A stretch of 63,238 nucleotides of DNA, filler included, from Octopus bimaculoides (GCF_001194135.2; 6 parts of 5 records of this genome joined end to end with filler, not necessarily neighbours in it); one strand, 5' to 3'. Counted from the first letter of the whole stretch, positions 38,251 through 52,136 are shown. Notes: a model not told the origin generated them from the sequence alone. A program made the numbers and translations.

Positions 38251-41094
38251 GCATTCTGTGTTTATATAAGCGTGTTTATAGCTGGTCTATATACGTTTGT
38301 TTATGAAGTTGGTGCACATACTTACATGTAGATGTGTGTGTGTGTGGGTATGTGGTGCATGTCTGTATGCACACTTCTGTGTTTATGCAAGTAGTTATGT
38401 ACGTGCGTTGTGTGTGTATGTGTGTGTGTATGAATGTATGTATACACACACACACACACACACACACATGTATATGTCATTGAGTGTATATCCGTGTGTG
38501 TATGTATGTGAATGTATGCCCGTATTTCTGATTTATGTAAGGGGTTAATTATGTATGTAGGTATTGATTTACACACGCACGCACGCACGCACGTACTTAC
38601 GTACATACATACGCATATACATACACACGCGCGCGAGTACAAACACAATTTTTGTATATTTACATATGTGAGTGCGTGTGGCATGACTGCTTGGATAGGC
38701 CACGAGAGGAGCAGCCTGCGAAGTCCCTGTCAACACAAAATATATTAATTTATCTGTAAAAGATTTGAGTCTCTCTCATTAGCAAATATTAGTAATTTGT
38801 AACTGCCCACCCCGCCCTATATGTACGTACGTACGTACGTACGTATGTATGTATGTATGTATGTATGTATGTATGTATGTATGTATGTAGGCTGTATAAG
38901 CGTGTATGTCTCAAATACGGTCGCCATAGCGACCACGCTGCGGTGGCCTCTGCTGACGGCAGTGGATGGGGTGGTGTCGTAGCTATTCGTGGGTGGTTGG
39001 GGTTATGTAGAGGTTACTCAATAAGTATATGGATCGGCACCAGATTAGGCTGTTGTTTCCGCGCACGCACACACACACACACACACATACACACCGGGTA
39101 GGTGACTTACAATGCAGGTTGACACACGTATATACGTACATACATACATACGTGCATACATACGTACACACATATCTACAGGCATACATACGTGCATACA
39201 TACATACATACATATGCGCACTGACGTTGATATATATATTCGGTACTAAATGTGGTTATTTTGAGAAGTCCAGTGTGTGGCATTATTTTATGTAGTAATG
39301 CCCATTAGATAAATATATCTATATATATATATATATAGATAGATAGATAATAGATAAATAAAGATACACCTGTATATACATACATGCACTNNNNNNNNNN
39401 NNNNNNNNNNNNNNNNNNNNNNNNNNNNNNNNNNNNNNNNNNNNNNNNNNNNNNNNNNNNNNNNNNNNNNNNNNNNNNNNNNNNNNNNNNNNNNNNNNNN
39501 NNNNNNNNNNNNNNNNNNNNNNNNNNNNNNNNNNNNNNNNNNNNNNNNNNNNNNNNNNNNNNNNNNNNNNNNNNNNNNNNNNNNNNNNNNNNNNNNNNNN
39601 NNNNNNNNNNNNNNNNNNNNNNNNNNNNNNNNNNNNNNNNNNNNNNNNNNNNNNNNNNNNNNNNNNNNNNNNNNNNNNNNNNNNNNNNNNNNNNNNNNNN
39701 NNNNNNNNNNNNNNNNNNNNNNNNNNNNNNNNNNNNNNNNNNNNNNNNNNNNNNNNNNNNNNNNNNNNNNNNNNNNNNNNNNNNNNNNNNNNNNNNNNNN
39801 NNNNNNNNNNNNNNNNNNNNNNNNNNNNNNNNNNNNNNNNNNNNNNNNNNNNNNNNNNNNNNNNNNNNNNNNNNNNNNNNNNNNNNNNNNNNNNNNNNNN
39901 NNNNNNNNNNNNNNNNNNNNNNNNNNNNNNNNNNNNNNNNNNNNNNNNNNNNNNNNNNNNNNNNNNNNNNNNNNNNNNNNNNNNNNNNNNNNNNNNNNNN
40001 NNNNNNNNNNNNNNNNNNNNNNNNNNNNNNNNNNNNNNNNNNNNNNNNNNNNNNNNNNNNNNNNNNNNNNNNNNNNNNNNNNNNNNNNNNNNNNNNNNNN
40101 NNNNNNNNNNNNNNNNNNNNNNNNNNNNNNNNNNNNNNNNNNNNNNNNNNNNNNNNNNNNNNNNNNNNNNNNNNNNNNNNNNNNNNNNNNNNNNNNNNNN
40201 NNNNNNNNNNNNNNNNNNNNNNNNNNNNNNNNNNNNNNNNNNNNNNNNNNNNNNNNNNNNNNNNNNNNNNNNNNNNNNNNNNNNNNNNNNNNNNNNNNNN
40301 NNNNNNNNNNNNNNNNNNNNNNNNNNNNNNNNNNNNNNNNNNNNNNNNNNNNNNNNNNNNNNNNNNNNNNNNNNNNNNNNNNNNNNNNNNTACATGTACA
40401 CATATATCTATATGTGTGTGCATGTGTGTGTGTGTTTGCGCACCAGCGTTGCTAAGGGGTCCGGGGCGTAGGGGGTGGCACTAATTTTGGGTCTGGTGTA
40501 AGCAATAAGTACGTTTTGTGGAGGACCCGGATGCAACAAACGGAAAGGCTGTTCCCTGCGGCACACACTCTCGCTACGCTAGTGTGTGCCCGTGTGTGCT
40601 ATCTTGGGAAGTGCCGGACAAAATGTTTTACAGAATTTCTTGCGGCTCCGTACGTTCAGAGATCTAACCCCAGCAAATTCGGCTTTGCCTTTCAATCCCT
40701 TTAAGGGTCGATAAAATACAATACCAGTGAAATACCGGATTCCATGGAATACCAGTGAAATACCGGATTCAATTGCTGTCCTTGTGCCTCAATCAGGAAC
40801 CATTGTCACTGATCGCCTAATCGATTAATTTCTCAATCGATCGCAAGATCAATAATTCTGTCGATCCCTTTCGTCCACAATGATTCCCTCACTCACCTTT
40901 ATTGTCACAGAACTCAACCCTCTCCCCCCTCTCTCTTTCTCTCTCTCACTTTATCTCTCTCTCTCTCTTTCTCTCCCTCTCTCTCTATGTATGTATCTAT
41001 CTATCTATCTATCTATCTCTATCTATCTTATATCCGTTTAGTGTGGACTGCCGGAAAAAAATACCATGGTAGATGATTTATTTTGCTCTTTGCG

Positions 41095-41650
41095 CAGGTG
41101 TCGCTGCGTGGTAAGAAGATTGCTTCCCAACCACATGGTTCCGGGTTCAATTCCACTGCGTGATACCCGAGGCAAGCGTTTTCTTCTATATCCTCGCACT
41201 AATCAAAGCCTTGTGAGTGGATTTTGTAGACGGAAACTGAAAGAAGCTCTGCGTATGCATTGGTGTCTGTACACACACACATACATAAGCGCAGTGCTTC
41301 CCAACCACATGGTTCCGGGTTAAGTTGCACTGCGTGACACCACGGGCAAGCGTTTTCTACTATAGCCTCGGGCCGACCAAAGCCTTGTGAGTGGATTTGG
41401 TAGACGGAAACTGAAAGAAACCTGTCATGTATATGTGTATGTATGTATGTGTATGTGTATGTATGTGTGTGTGTGTGTATCTACGTCTGTGTCTGTATAC
41501 TTGACCACTCGTGCTGGTTAACGTGCCCGTAACATAGTAAAAGAGACTAACAAAGAATAATGTCCTTGGGTCAATTCGTTAGACCAACGCCCTTCACGGC
41601 CAGGCTCCAGCCTGACCGCACTCCAATGACTGGAACATATAAAAGATGAA
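41095..41650 (+). mobile_element. Two tandem SINE family B copies (first truncated)
   Basis: Head repeated at ~41100 and ~41290. Confidence 0.8.
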
Positions 41651-43014
41651 AGATACATACATTTATTACATACATACTTATGTGTGTGTGTGTGTGTAGT
41701 TACAATATCGATTTTCTGGAACCTCACGTTCCAAAGTCTTTCCAGATAACTAATTTTTCTTAACCAGGGACAGTCACGTTGGTCAACACACCCTAAATAA
41801 GCAAATATTTAACTTACATAAATAACTAAATGAAATACAGGAACCCGTATATTAGTCTAAATTAGTGCAGATCATAAGAGGTTCCACACCATTAGTTTCC
41901 AGAAAGGGGGTACTCTCTGTGTGTGTGTGTGTGTGTGTGTGTAAAAACTTACTGTTGATAAAGGCTGCGTGACATTCAATTATTAAATAAAAATGAGAAA
42001 ATACATATTAAGTATAGGACATCTCGAGCGAAAAATACGTAAACGCACAACGAAAGACAAGTACGGGACAAAATACCAAAAGAAGTCTAACTCCTCAGTT
42101 GTAGACTGTATATTACTACCTATTTCGTGCTTTTAACGACAAGACAGGAAAACTTCATAAGACAGCAGCATCCAAAAATTTTTAGAAGACAAAATTTGTG
42201 GAGAGTTAGGGCTTCGAACAAACAGACGACACCAGGGTGGACGTACGGAAACGATCGACGAAGACAGACGTTTAGGACCGACTTGGCCAATGAGAGAACC
42301 AGAAGATGGAAGATATGAGAATTTTTATTAATCACTACAATTGTTTCGATCCATGTAGCGTTGATCCCTCACGGGTGGGATACTTAACAACCGGTTTCGA
42401 AGCATCCGCCGGTGTAGCTGTGTCTCTTCGGGTGACAGATATAACTCGTTAAAATAACGACAGTTCCGCCATGTGTGTGTGTGTGTGTATGTGTAGTGAG
42501 GGTGCATGGCGTAGTGGTTAGGTATATTTTGCTCACGATCGTGAGAGAGTGGTTTCAATTCCTAGACCAGGTGGCGCGTTGTACTCCTGTGTAAAACACT
42601 TCGTCTCACGTGACTCTGCGATCATTTCGACACCTGACACGTGGTACACGGTGCTTCTGTTCAGACAAAGTCGAATTGATGAATACACACACACATGGTG
42701 AGGCAAAAGTCGCGCACCATGGGGATAATTTATTAAAACTATAACTACACATGAAACACTCCGTCGATTTTGGGGGGCTGTTTGTAAGAGTTTCTAAAAC
42801 AACCGCCTTTGATGTTGGATCGGTTGCACTTTTCGGCCTGCTACTTTGGGGCGGTGGTCAATGACACTACTGGTTTCTTTAAAACGATTAATTAGGGATC
42901 CAACAATTAACTGACTTATCAATTGGAAGTTGGTGTGGATTCTGCCAGTTGAATTCCTGTGCAACAAATCTGTGAGCAGCACTTGTTTCCCCATGTATAT
43001 AATATAATAAGCGT

Positions 43015-43375
43015 GTGTGTGGCTTTGTGGTAAGAAGCTTGCTTCCCAACTTAATGGATCGGGGTTCAGTCCCATTGCGTGGCACCTTGGGCAAGTGTCT
43101 TCCATAGTCTCAAGCTAACCAAAGCCTTGTGAGTGGATTTAGTAGACGGAAATTGCAAGAAGCCCTTCATACATACAAACATACATATATTTATGTGTGT
43201 GTGTCCCACCACAGTTTGACATTCGGTGTTGGTTTGTTTACATCCGCGGTTCGGCTAAGAGAACGATGGTATAAGTACCAAGCTGAAAAAAACAAAACAA
43301 AACACTGGGTTGGATTCGTTCAGCTAAGCATTCTTCAACGCAGTGCTTCAGCATGGCCGCAGTCTAATGCCTGAG
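43015..43375 (+). mobile_element. SINE family B, diverged
   Basis: Head and body match to other copies. Confidence 0.75.
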
Positions 43376-44015
43376 TAAAGGACATGCATTGAAACAAAAC
43401 GCAAGCAGCCGGTCAGACATTAACAGGAAGTTTACGCCAACAGACAGGCTGACAAGCTGACCAACAGACAGCCAGACACCTGGACAGTCAATGAGATCGT
43501 ATCGAGCGGTTGAGGAATCATGCGTTCAGTCAAGAGACAGCCAGCCGAGCTGTCGAGATGATGGCTACCTGTCCCGGAGCCACGACGACCAACAGCACCA
43601 CCATCACATCAACAAGTGCCACAACAACAACAACAATATTGCTCTGCTATACGAAGCTATATACCTGTATACCTGTTGGCTCCACCTCCTAGAAATAGCA
43701 GCCAGAATTTCCCCTCCACCCGAATCACGCATCTTTTCACTTAAAGGAAGGACACATCAGATATATTATTGCTACTACTACTATTAAAACTTTAAACACG
43801 AGTCTCTCGGTGGCCGCTTGACTTCCTAGAAATAGCAACCAAAATATTCCCCGTTTTACATAAAAAAAAAAGCGGGACACATTAGAGAATGTAGTTCAAG
43901 ATAGACTGTGCCTAAAAACAGGAAGAAGGCATAGTAACCCTTTACGTTTTTGATCATAGGCTTGTCTGTTTGCTCGGTGAAGGAGCTGACCTGGGGCTAA
44001 AAGCTCAGTCGGCAG

Positions 44016-44068
<53 letters not shown>

Positions 44069-44169
44069 GATGCTGTAATTACATTTTTGGAACTCGAATT
44101 GGGGAAATGAAATCCAAAAACTGCAAAGTCCGAGGAAACGGTTTCGAGTTACCGTAACAACAACAACAA

Positions 44170-44204
<35 letters not shown>

Positions 44205-44209
44205 ACTGA

Positions 44210-44539
44210 AAATTAGACGGAAAGAGAGTGGATTTAATAGCAATTAAGGAGGATAACATCGACCGACAAACTGTTTATAGCCATCACAACAACAACAACA
44301 ATAACCATAACGACCACTTGTACCGCATCGTAAAGAACAACAATTGTAACCACAACAACAACAACAACAGTAACGCTAGTAGTAATAGTAGTAGTAGTAA
44401 TAATAATAATAATAATAATGATAATAACAGCATTCGATGCAATCACAACAACAACAACAACAACGCTAGCCATAACAACCATCTGCACAGCATAGTAAAC
44501 AACAATAACTGCAACAGTAATACTACTACTACTACTACT

Positions 44540-44576
<37 letters not shown>

Positions 44577-45260
44577 ATAATAATAATAATAATAATAACG
44601 GTATTCGATGTAATCACAGCAACAACAACAATAATCTCCATGGCATGAATAACAATAACAGTAAATAACAACAACAACCAGAGTCGGAGGAGCGAGTGCA
44701 GCCGACATCACCATCACAACAGAAGGATGTATCGACAACAACGTAAACAATAACAAACACCAATCGTCCTCAGCTCCATCACTGTCGCCATCATCATCAT
44801 CATCATTATCATCATTATAATAGCAACGATTGTACGTACCACCACCTCCGACATCGGCACCCTCATCACCAACACTACCATCATCGTCAACAAAAGCGGC
44901 AAACAGCAATCAGCATCGCCATCACCGTAACAACGATGGCTATATTATTAGCGTTAACACCGTCGCCAGCATCGTCAACGTAGCAAGTACCACCGCTGCC
45001 GCCATCGCCGATACTGTCGCCAGCTCTACCCCGACCTCACCTCACCATCATTGTCATCATCATCGACAAAAAAAAAAACAAAACAACAACAGCAACCATC
45101 ACCACCACCACCGCCGCCGCCGTCAGCAGCTTCATCCCCACTAACACCATTACCACTACCACTGTCATTAACACCATCATCATCATCATCATCAACAAAA
45201 ACAGCCGCCACACCATCACCTTCACTACCACCACCACCATCGTTAATAACAACAGCCACT
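44210..45260 (+). repeat. Compound trinucleotide low-complexity region with a ~165-171-nt internal duplication
   Basis: Blocks 44306-44350/44471-44515 and 44423-44449/44594-44620 align in the same frame. Confidence 0.8.
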
Positions 45261-46121
45261 ACATCCTAGAACACCGCTACACAACTACCCAAACCTTATT
45301 ACTAACTACCACAGCTACTACTTATTGATTATATATATATATAAAAAAAAACATTTAAAAAAATACATCTTCCAGACCTCATAAACACACACACACAGAG
45401 GTGAAATACACATTACTATTATATATAGCTTTTTACATACACGCAGATGTTATATATCCGTTACGCTAGAATGTAGATTTATACACTGACTCAGTGCTTC
45501 CACACAAACACCTTAACCATCAATATATATATATATATATATATATAGCACTGTTGTTACATAAATTGATTTTTATACACGCATTATATATATATATATA
45601 TACCTTGATTTTAACACACGGATGGAATATTTACACACACATACAAAACAAATGATTTAACGTGTATATATCATATATACTTACAGGTTTACATTACTTT
45701 AACACACACTAAACACATATTCACACAACACAATACTTTAATATACACATCAATATAGAACATACATACATACGCAAAACTTTAACACATAATATACACT
45801 CGCAAAAACTCAATGCTTATCACCAAATTTTTCTCGTGTCATTTAATTTTGATTTCCTAATTTATAAAGTTAATTAAATTTCTAAAAAAAAAAAAATTAG
45901 AATAATTTTACGAGTGACTCTCGTAGTCGTGGTAGCAGTAGCAGAGGTGGCCCAGTAGTTGTAGAGGTAATAGTAGAGGTGGTTGTAATTGATTTTAGTA
46001 GCACCTGTGATTGGAAAGTACCTGTGATAGTAAGACACCTGTAGCTGTGGTACCTCTGTTGGCAAGGTACCTGTGATAGGAAGGTCGGTGGTGATATTGG
46101 CAGTTGTTTGTTGCAAGGCCG

Positions 46122-46411
46122 ATGGCGAAAGCGGCCAATGCCCAGGATTCGGAAACGACTGAAGTGAAAAATGTCCAAATCTTCTGTAACGGTAACAAGT
46201 TCGCCCCTCCCAGACACGTGGTCCTCAATACGAGACATATTCGTAATTTCGACAACTTCCTCGATGAACTCACTAGGATTTTAAACCCTTTACAAGGGGC
46301 CATTCGGCGCCTGTACACGCCGGTGAATGGCAACCCAGTCGAAGATACGACAGAGCTACAAGAAGGTGGAGGTTATGTGGCGGCCGGCAAAGAAAGATTC
46401 AAAAAACTCAA
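46122..46411 (+). CDS. First coding exon of a doublecortin-domain protein (DCDC2-like)
   Basis: ATG at 46122 with an in-frame TGA upstream at 46092. MAKAANAQDSETTEVKNVQIFCNGNKFAPPRHVVLN...FDNFLDELT...GAIRRLYTPVNG...LQEGGGYVAAGKERFKKL is a complete DCX domain. GTAAGT donor at 46412, phase 2. Confidence 0.92.
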
Positions 46412-47334
46412 GTAAGTAGTTATTTAGGCAATGTTTCGCCCTTCAGGAATATATATATATATACCCTTGTATACATACATATATATAATATATATACAAC
46501 CCTGTGTAAATATGTACATGCGCATAAACACAAACATACATCGTACACCCTACAACATATACAGATAGACTCCTTCATACAGAAGCAGATATATAATAAA
46601 ATCAGAAAAGGGAAAAAGGAAACACAGGGATAATATAACAAATGACTGTTGTTAGTTTGATTCCTGTCATGGTTTGATTTCTTTCTTACAGGTGCAAGAA
46701 AAACCACCCCAAATTTCCTTAAATCTTACCCTATCCCATCTTTGAAAAAGAAAGGCAAAATGTAAACGAAAGCCAAGTTCCATATTTATTGTCTGAAAAA
46801 AAAAAAAGAAATACAGGTTGTTAAAAGTGGAGCACTTTGAATGTAACTACAATCTGTATGAGATTTATAAAGTCGAGAAGTGGGGCGCTAAACTGTAGTT
46901 ATACGCTCAGCAGATTATAGTTCAATCTACTGGATCGGTACTGACCGAGGGTTATATTAGACCGGTTGTTATTTATAACTTTCTTTAAAATACATATTTG
47001 TTAATGAAACTTTCCAGAGTTACATATTAGATGGTGTAGGTTACGATTATTTTGATAAAAAAAATTTTTTAAAACTAATTCTTAATCGAAAATTTATCCC
47101 AAGGACATTTGGTATACCTGAACAAGTGTGCCTTTCTTCCCGATATTGTTTCCTCATAACTTTCAGAAAAATGGATATTTATTAATGAAATTTTCCACAA
47201 ATACTTTTCAGATGGTGTAGATGACAATTGCATCAGAATTGAAATGTTAAAAATAAAATTGTTCGGCGTGTACATACATACTTGACATACATCATATAAT
47301 TTTTTCCAGAGTTTTATTTTGTAGATATTATTAT

Positions 47335-47434
47335 NNNNNNNNNNNNNNNNNNNNNNNNNNNNNNNNNNNNNNNNNNNNTTAATTAATTAANNNNNNNNNN
47401 NNNNNNNNNNNNNNNNNNNNNNNNNNNNNNNNNN
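47335..47434. other. Artificial scaffold linker
   Basis: 44 N + TTAATTAATTAA (47379-47390) + 44 N. Confidence 0.95.
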
Positions 47435-47663
47435 GTATATATATATGTATGTATGAATATATGTATTTATGTATGTGTATGTATGTATGTATGTATGAAT
47501 GAATGTATGTATATGTATGTATGTATGTATGAATGAATGTATGTGTGTATATATATGTATGTATGTATAAATGTATGTATGTATGTATGTAAGTATAGCT
47601 ACATGCATGTATATATGTAAGTATTTATGTATGTATCATGTTAGGTTGCACATATCAGTGTAT

Positions 47664-47710
<47 letters not shown>

Positions 47711-47730
47711 CACACACACANNNNNNNNNN

Positions 47731-47783
<53 letters not shown>

Positions 47784-48170
47784 TGAATGTGTGCGTATGT
47801 GTATATAAATATTTCTGTATTAATATATGTAAGTATATCTGTTGTGTGCAAGTGCTTGTGGGTTTCTTTGTGTTGTGTGTGTGTATGTATGTATATATGT
47901 ATGTTGCTGATCAGATAATTATATGTGTGCATTTATTAATGTTGGTTTGCAAAGACACACGTTATACACACATACACATACGCCCGTGCACGCATACATA
48001 AGATATATGTAGACATATAACTTATATATGTACATCTTTTCTCAATCTTTCTTGATATGTATACACACACACACAGACACACAGACACATATATACTTAC
48101 CTGTATACTTACACATACACCTACATAAATCCAGATACACACATATGTATGTAGGAAGAGATACTGTACA

Positions 48171-48209
<39 letters not shown>

Positions 48210-49776
48210 TNNNNNNNNNNNNNNNNNNNNNNNNNNNNNNNNNNNNNNNNNNNNNNNNNNNNNNNNNNNNNNNNNNNNNNNNNNNNNNNNNNNNNNNNNN
48301 NNNNNNATATATACATACATATATGTATGTATGTATGTATGTATGCGTGCGTACTAATACGTATCTATCTGACTGTCTCTGTATATACGAGTACATATAT
48401 ATGTCTGTTGAGATATATGCATCCATACATGTAAATATATATTTTCATATTTATGTATATATGTATGTGAGTGTTTGTGTGTGTATGCGTGTATATATAG
48501 ATAAATAAAGAAATATATATATATATGTGTATATATACATAAGCGCATACATGCACGTGCACACAGATACATACGTATGTGTGTGTGTTTGTGTGAAAGT
48601 GCGTTGGCTGGAAGAAATTGCTAAATAAAAATATATGTAAAATAATGTACGTTTCGATCTACAGGAACAAAAATCGTATCTGAAAAGTAATTATATTCTA
48701 GGAAAAATCCAAAATAAAATAGAATGGCAGACAAACAAAGGAATAATAATGAGGAATCGTGTCACACAAGAACAAACGTGGAATATGATTTGCTGGCTTT
48801 TTGCTTTCCAAAGCCGGAGAGTTACGAAGACTTTACCTCTCCTTGGAGGGTTAGAATATGATTAACGTGTTTGTGTGTGTATGTATAAATATATATACAT
48901 GTATATATAATATATATATATATTGACGCATATATATATATATATATATANNNNNNNNNNNNNNNNNNNNNNNNNNNNNNNNNNNNNNNNNNNNNNNNNN
49001 NNNNNNNNNNNNNNNNNNNNNNNNNNNNNNNNNNNNNNNNNNNNNNNNNNNNNNNNNNNNNNNNNNNNNNNNNNNNNNNNNNNNNNNNNNNNNNNNNNNN
49101 NNNNNNNNNNNNNNNNNNNNNNNNNNNNNNNNNNNNNNNNNNNNNNNNNNNNNNNNNNNNNNNNNNNNNNNNNNNNNNNNNNNNNNNNNNNNNNNNNNNN
49201 NNNNNNNNNNNNNNNNNNNNNNNNNNNNNNNNNNNNNNNNNNNNNNNNNNNNNNNNNNNNNNNNNNNNNNNNNNNNNNNNNNNNNNNNNNNNNNNNNNNN
49301 NNNNNNNNNNNNNNNNNNNNNNNNNNNNNNNNNNNNNNNNNNNNNNNNNNNNNNNNNNNNNNNNNNNNNNNNNNNNNNNNNNNNNNNNNNNNNNNNNNNN
49401 NNNNNNNNNNNNNNNNNNNNNNNNNNNNNNNNNNNNNNNNNNNNNNNNNNNNNNNNNNNNNNNNNNNNNNNNNNNNNNNNNNNNNNNNNNNNNNNNNNNN
49501 NNNNNNNNNNNNNNNNNNNNNNNNNNNNNNNNNNNNNNNNNNNNNNNNNNNNNNNNNNNNNNNNNNNNNNNNNNNNNNNNNNNNNNNNNNNNNNNNNNNN
49601 NNNNNNNNNNNNNNNNNNNNNNNNNNNNNNNNNNNNNNNNNNNNNNNNNNNNNNNNNNNNNNNNNNNNNNNNNNNNNNNNNNNNNNNNNNNNNNNNNNNN
49701 NNNNNNNNNNNNNNNNNNNNNNNNNNNNNNNNNNNNNNNNNNNNNNNNNNNNNNNNNNNNNNNNNNNNNNNNNNNN

Positions 49777-49822
<46 letters not shown>

Positions 49823-49919
49823 CTATATGAATATATATTTGTATTTAAAAATGTGTTTATCTATCTATCTATCTCTCTCTATATATATATGTATATATAT
49901 ATGTATATATATATTGTCG

Positions 49920-50160
49920 AAACACGTGGCTTAACTGTTAGTGTTTTGCACTCGTGAACTTAAGATTTTGGTTTGTATTCCTTGACCAGACAATGCTTCG
50001 TGTTCTTAAGCGAATCATTCATTTCACGTGGCTCCAGTCCACTCAGCTGGCAAAAAGTTGTAATCCTGCGACAAACTGGTGTCCTGTCCAGTGGGTGAGG
50101 GGTGGGGTATATAAAGCCAACAGAATCCCGTAAATCGGCCTTACGACCCTATGGCTTGAG
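49920..50160 (+). mobile_element. SINE family C, diverged
   Basis: tRNA-like head and gtggctccagtccactcagctg core. Confidence 0.65.
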
Positions 50161-50260
50161 AATGACCTTCGATCCTTAACCTATCAACCTACCGACCGAC
50201 TTACCCACCTACCTATCTACCTACCTACCAATATGCATACATGCCTATCTACCGACATAC

Positions 50261-50335
<75 letters not shown>

Positions 50336-51069
50336 CCTATCCACACAGGCGCGCGCAAGCACATGCAGTGCCGCCGAGGTCGACTTTGCCTTCTATCCTT
50401 TCGGCGTCGAAGAAATAAATACCAGTTACACATTGGGGTTGATATAATCGACTTGACGCCCCACCCCTACAGAACACACCAGGCCTTGATTTTATAGGAG
50501 AAAGAACTATGACACAAAGTGCAGTGAACTGGCAGAACTGTTGGTGCGTCGAACAAATGCTCAGCAGCATTTCATCCGGCTCTTAACGTTCTGATTCCTA
50601 ATTCCGCTGAGGAGGTCGACTTTGCCTTTTAAACTTTCGGAATCGATAAAATAAAGTACCACTTGAGTACTGGAGTTTGATGTACTCGACTAACTTTCCC
50701 CTCGTCTCAAAATTACTGTCCTTTTGCTAAAATTTGAAACATTTATTAAAAAGAGAAAAAAAAACTGTACAAAACGTGTGTAATTTATTACAAATAATAT
50801 TAAAGAGAAAAAAAAAACGGAAACATTAAGTGTTTTGATAAGGAAAGAAATAGAAAATATATCGTTTCCTTGTCGTAATTACAAAAAAAAAAAAAAAAAA
50901 ATTAGGGCTTTGGTGAGTTGTCGATGCACTGCGTACCCTTAAATGTAGGGTACTCCTGAGTGTTACTCATCAATGCGCCGTGTGAACTTAATTATCCAGA
51001 TGTAAGTTACAATAAATTCCACAGTAATTGCTACATTAAGCAGACATCGCATCTGCTTCCTGGGTTGGA

Positions 51070-51410
51070 TGGAGAAAGAAGAACAAGAGAAAAGAAAGAA
51101 AGGAAGGAGGGAAGGAAGAAGGATAGAGATAGAAAGAGAGGAAAAGGAGAAGGTGTTAAAGGAGGAAACAATAGAAAGATAGAAAAGAAGGAAGAAAGAA
51201 AGGAAGAAAGGGGGAGGGGGGATAGCAGGAAAGAAGAAAGGACAGAAGGAGGGAAGAAGGGAACGTAGAAGGACAGGAAAGGGGTTAGGGAAGAAGGAGG
51301 GAGGGATGGAGGGAGGGAATAATGGAAAAAAGAAAAAGAAAAGAAGGAAGAAAAGAAGGCAGAGGAGAAGAAAGAAAGACAAACTGGAAGGAAAGAAAAA
51401 AGATAGAGAA

Positions 51411-51460
<50 letters not shown>

Positions 51461-51495
51461 GAACGAAGAAAGAAAGAAAGAAAGAAAGAAAGGAA
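51070..51495 (+). repeat. Long polypurine (GAA/GAAA-rich) tract
   Basis: Directly visible. Confidence 0.9.
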
Positions 51496-51807
51496 TTTGT
51501 TTTACAAATTTTCCACAAATGGACGTCGAGTGAAAATAAAATGTATTGTTCATTTTTGATTGGTTTAGTCGAATAGTAGAATAAAATATTAAGGCTGGTT
51601 TAATCGAATATAAGAATACGATATTGTAGTCGACGTAATCGGAATATCAGGATATAATATTAGAATATAAGAACGTTCCAAACCGTCTCAAGAGTAAATT
51701 GTAAGATTCCAGAAAACTGATGATGGATTTTAACAGCGTTACTAAAAGGGCTTTGGTCAAAGCCTTCTGCCCAAAACAGCATCTGGTGGGAGCCTATTCT
51801 AGATATA

Positions 51808-52007
51808 CGGAGTCCGCCAAAAAAGTGTATACACACTTCAGGAAATGAGAAAATTTGTATAAAAATTTAACTTGTATAAGTATCTTTATAAATATATTTA
51901 GTTACTTTTTTCGATGTTTTATCAAATCGCAATAAAACCGAATTAAAATATTTATACAGCTTTTTTACCCTTTCCTGAAATATGCATACATCTTTTGGCG
52001 GACTCTG
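51808..52007. mobile_element. Tc1/mariner-type MITE (200 bp)
   Basis: ~35-bp TIRs: cggagtccgccaaaaaagtgtatacacacttcaggaaa versus reverse complement cagagtccgccaaaagatgtatgcatatttcaggaaa; TA at 51806-51807 and 52008-52009. Confidence 0.85.
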
Positions 52008-52136
52008 TATATTGATATCTTTATTGCCCACAGGGAGGCTAAACATTAAGGGGTGGGGTGGGGGGCAAACAAGGACAGACAAAAGGATTAAGTCGATTAC
52101 ACTGACCCCAATGCGTAACTGGTACTTATTCAATCG

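Noticed and set aside
40441-40584. Possible hAT MITE (caccagcgttgct / gctacgctagtg)
   Set aside because: TIR match is partial and there is no convincing 8-bp TSD.
46691-46725. Strong acceptor (ttcttacag) as DCX exon 2
   Set aside because: The phase-2 reading KCKKNHPKFP* terminates and lacks the expected Y-x-D/I continuation.
48810-48855. KAGELRRLYLSLEG* resembling GAVRRLYTLEG of a second DCX domain
   Set aside because: Short, ends in a stop, has no suitable exon boundaries and lies across a linker from the DCX exon.
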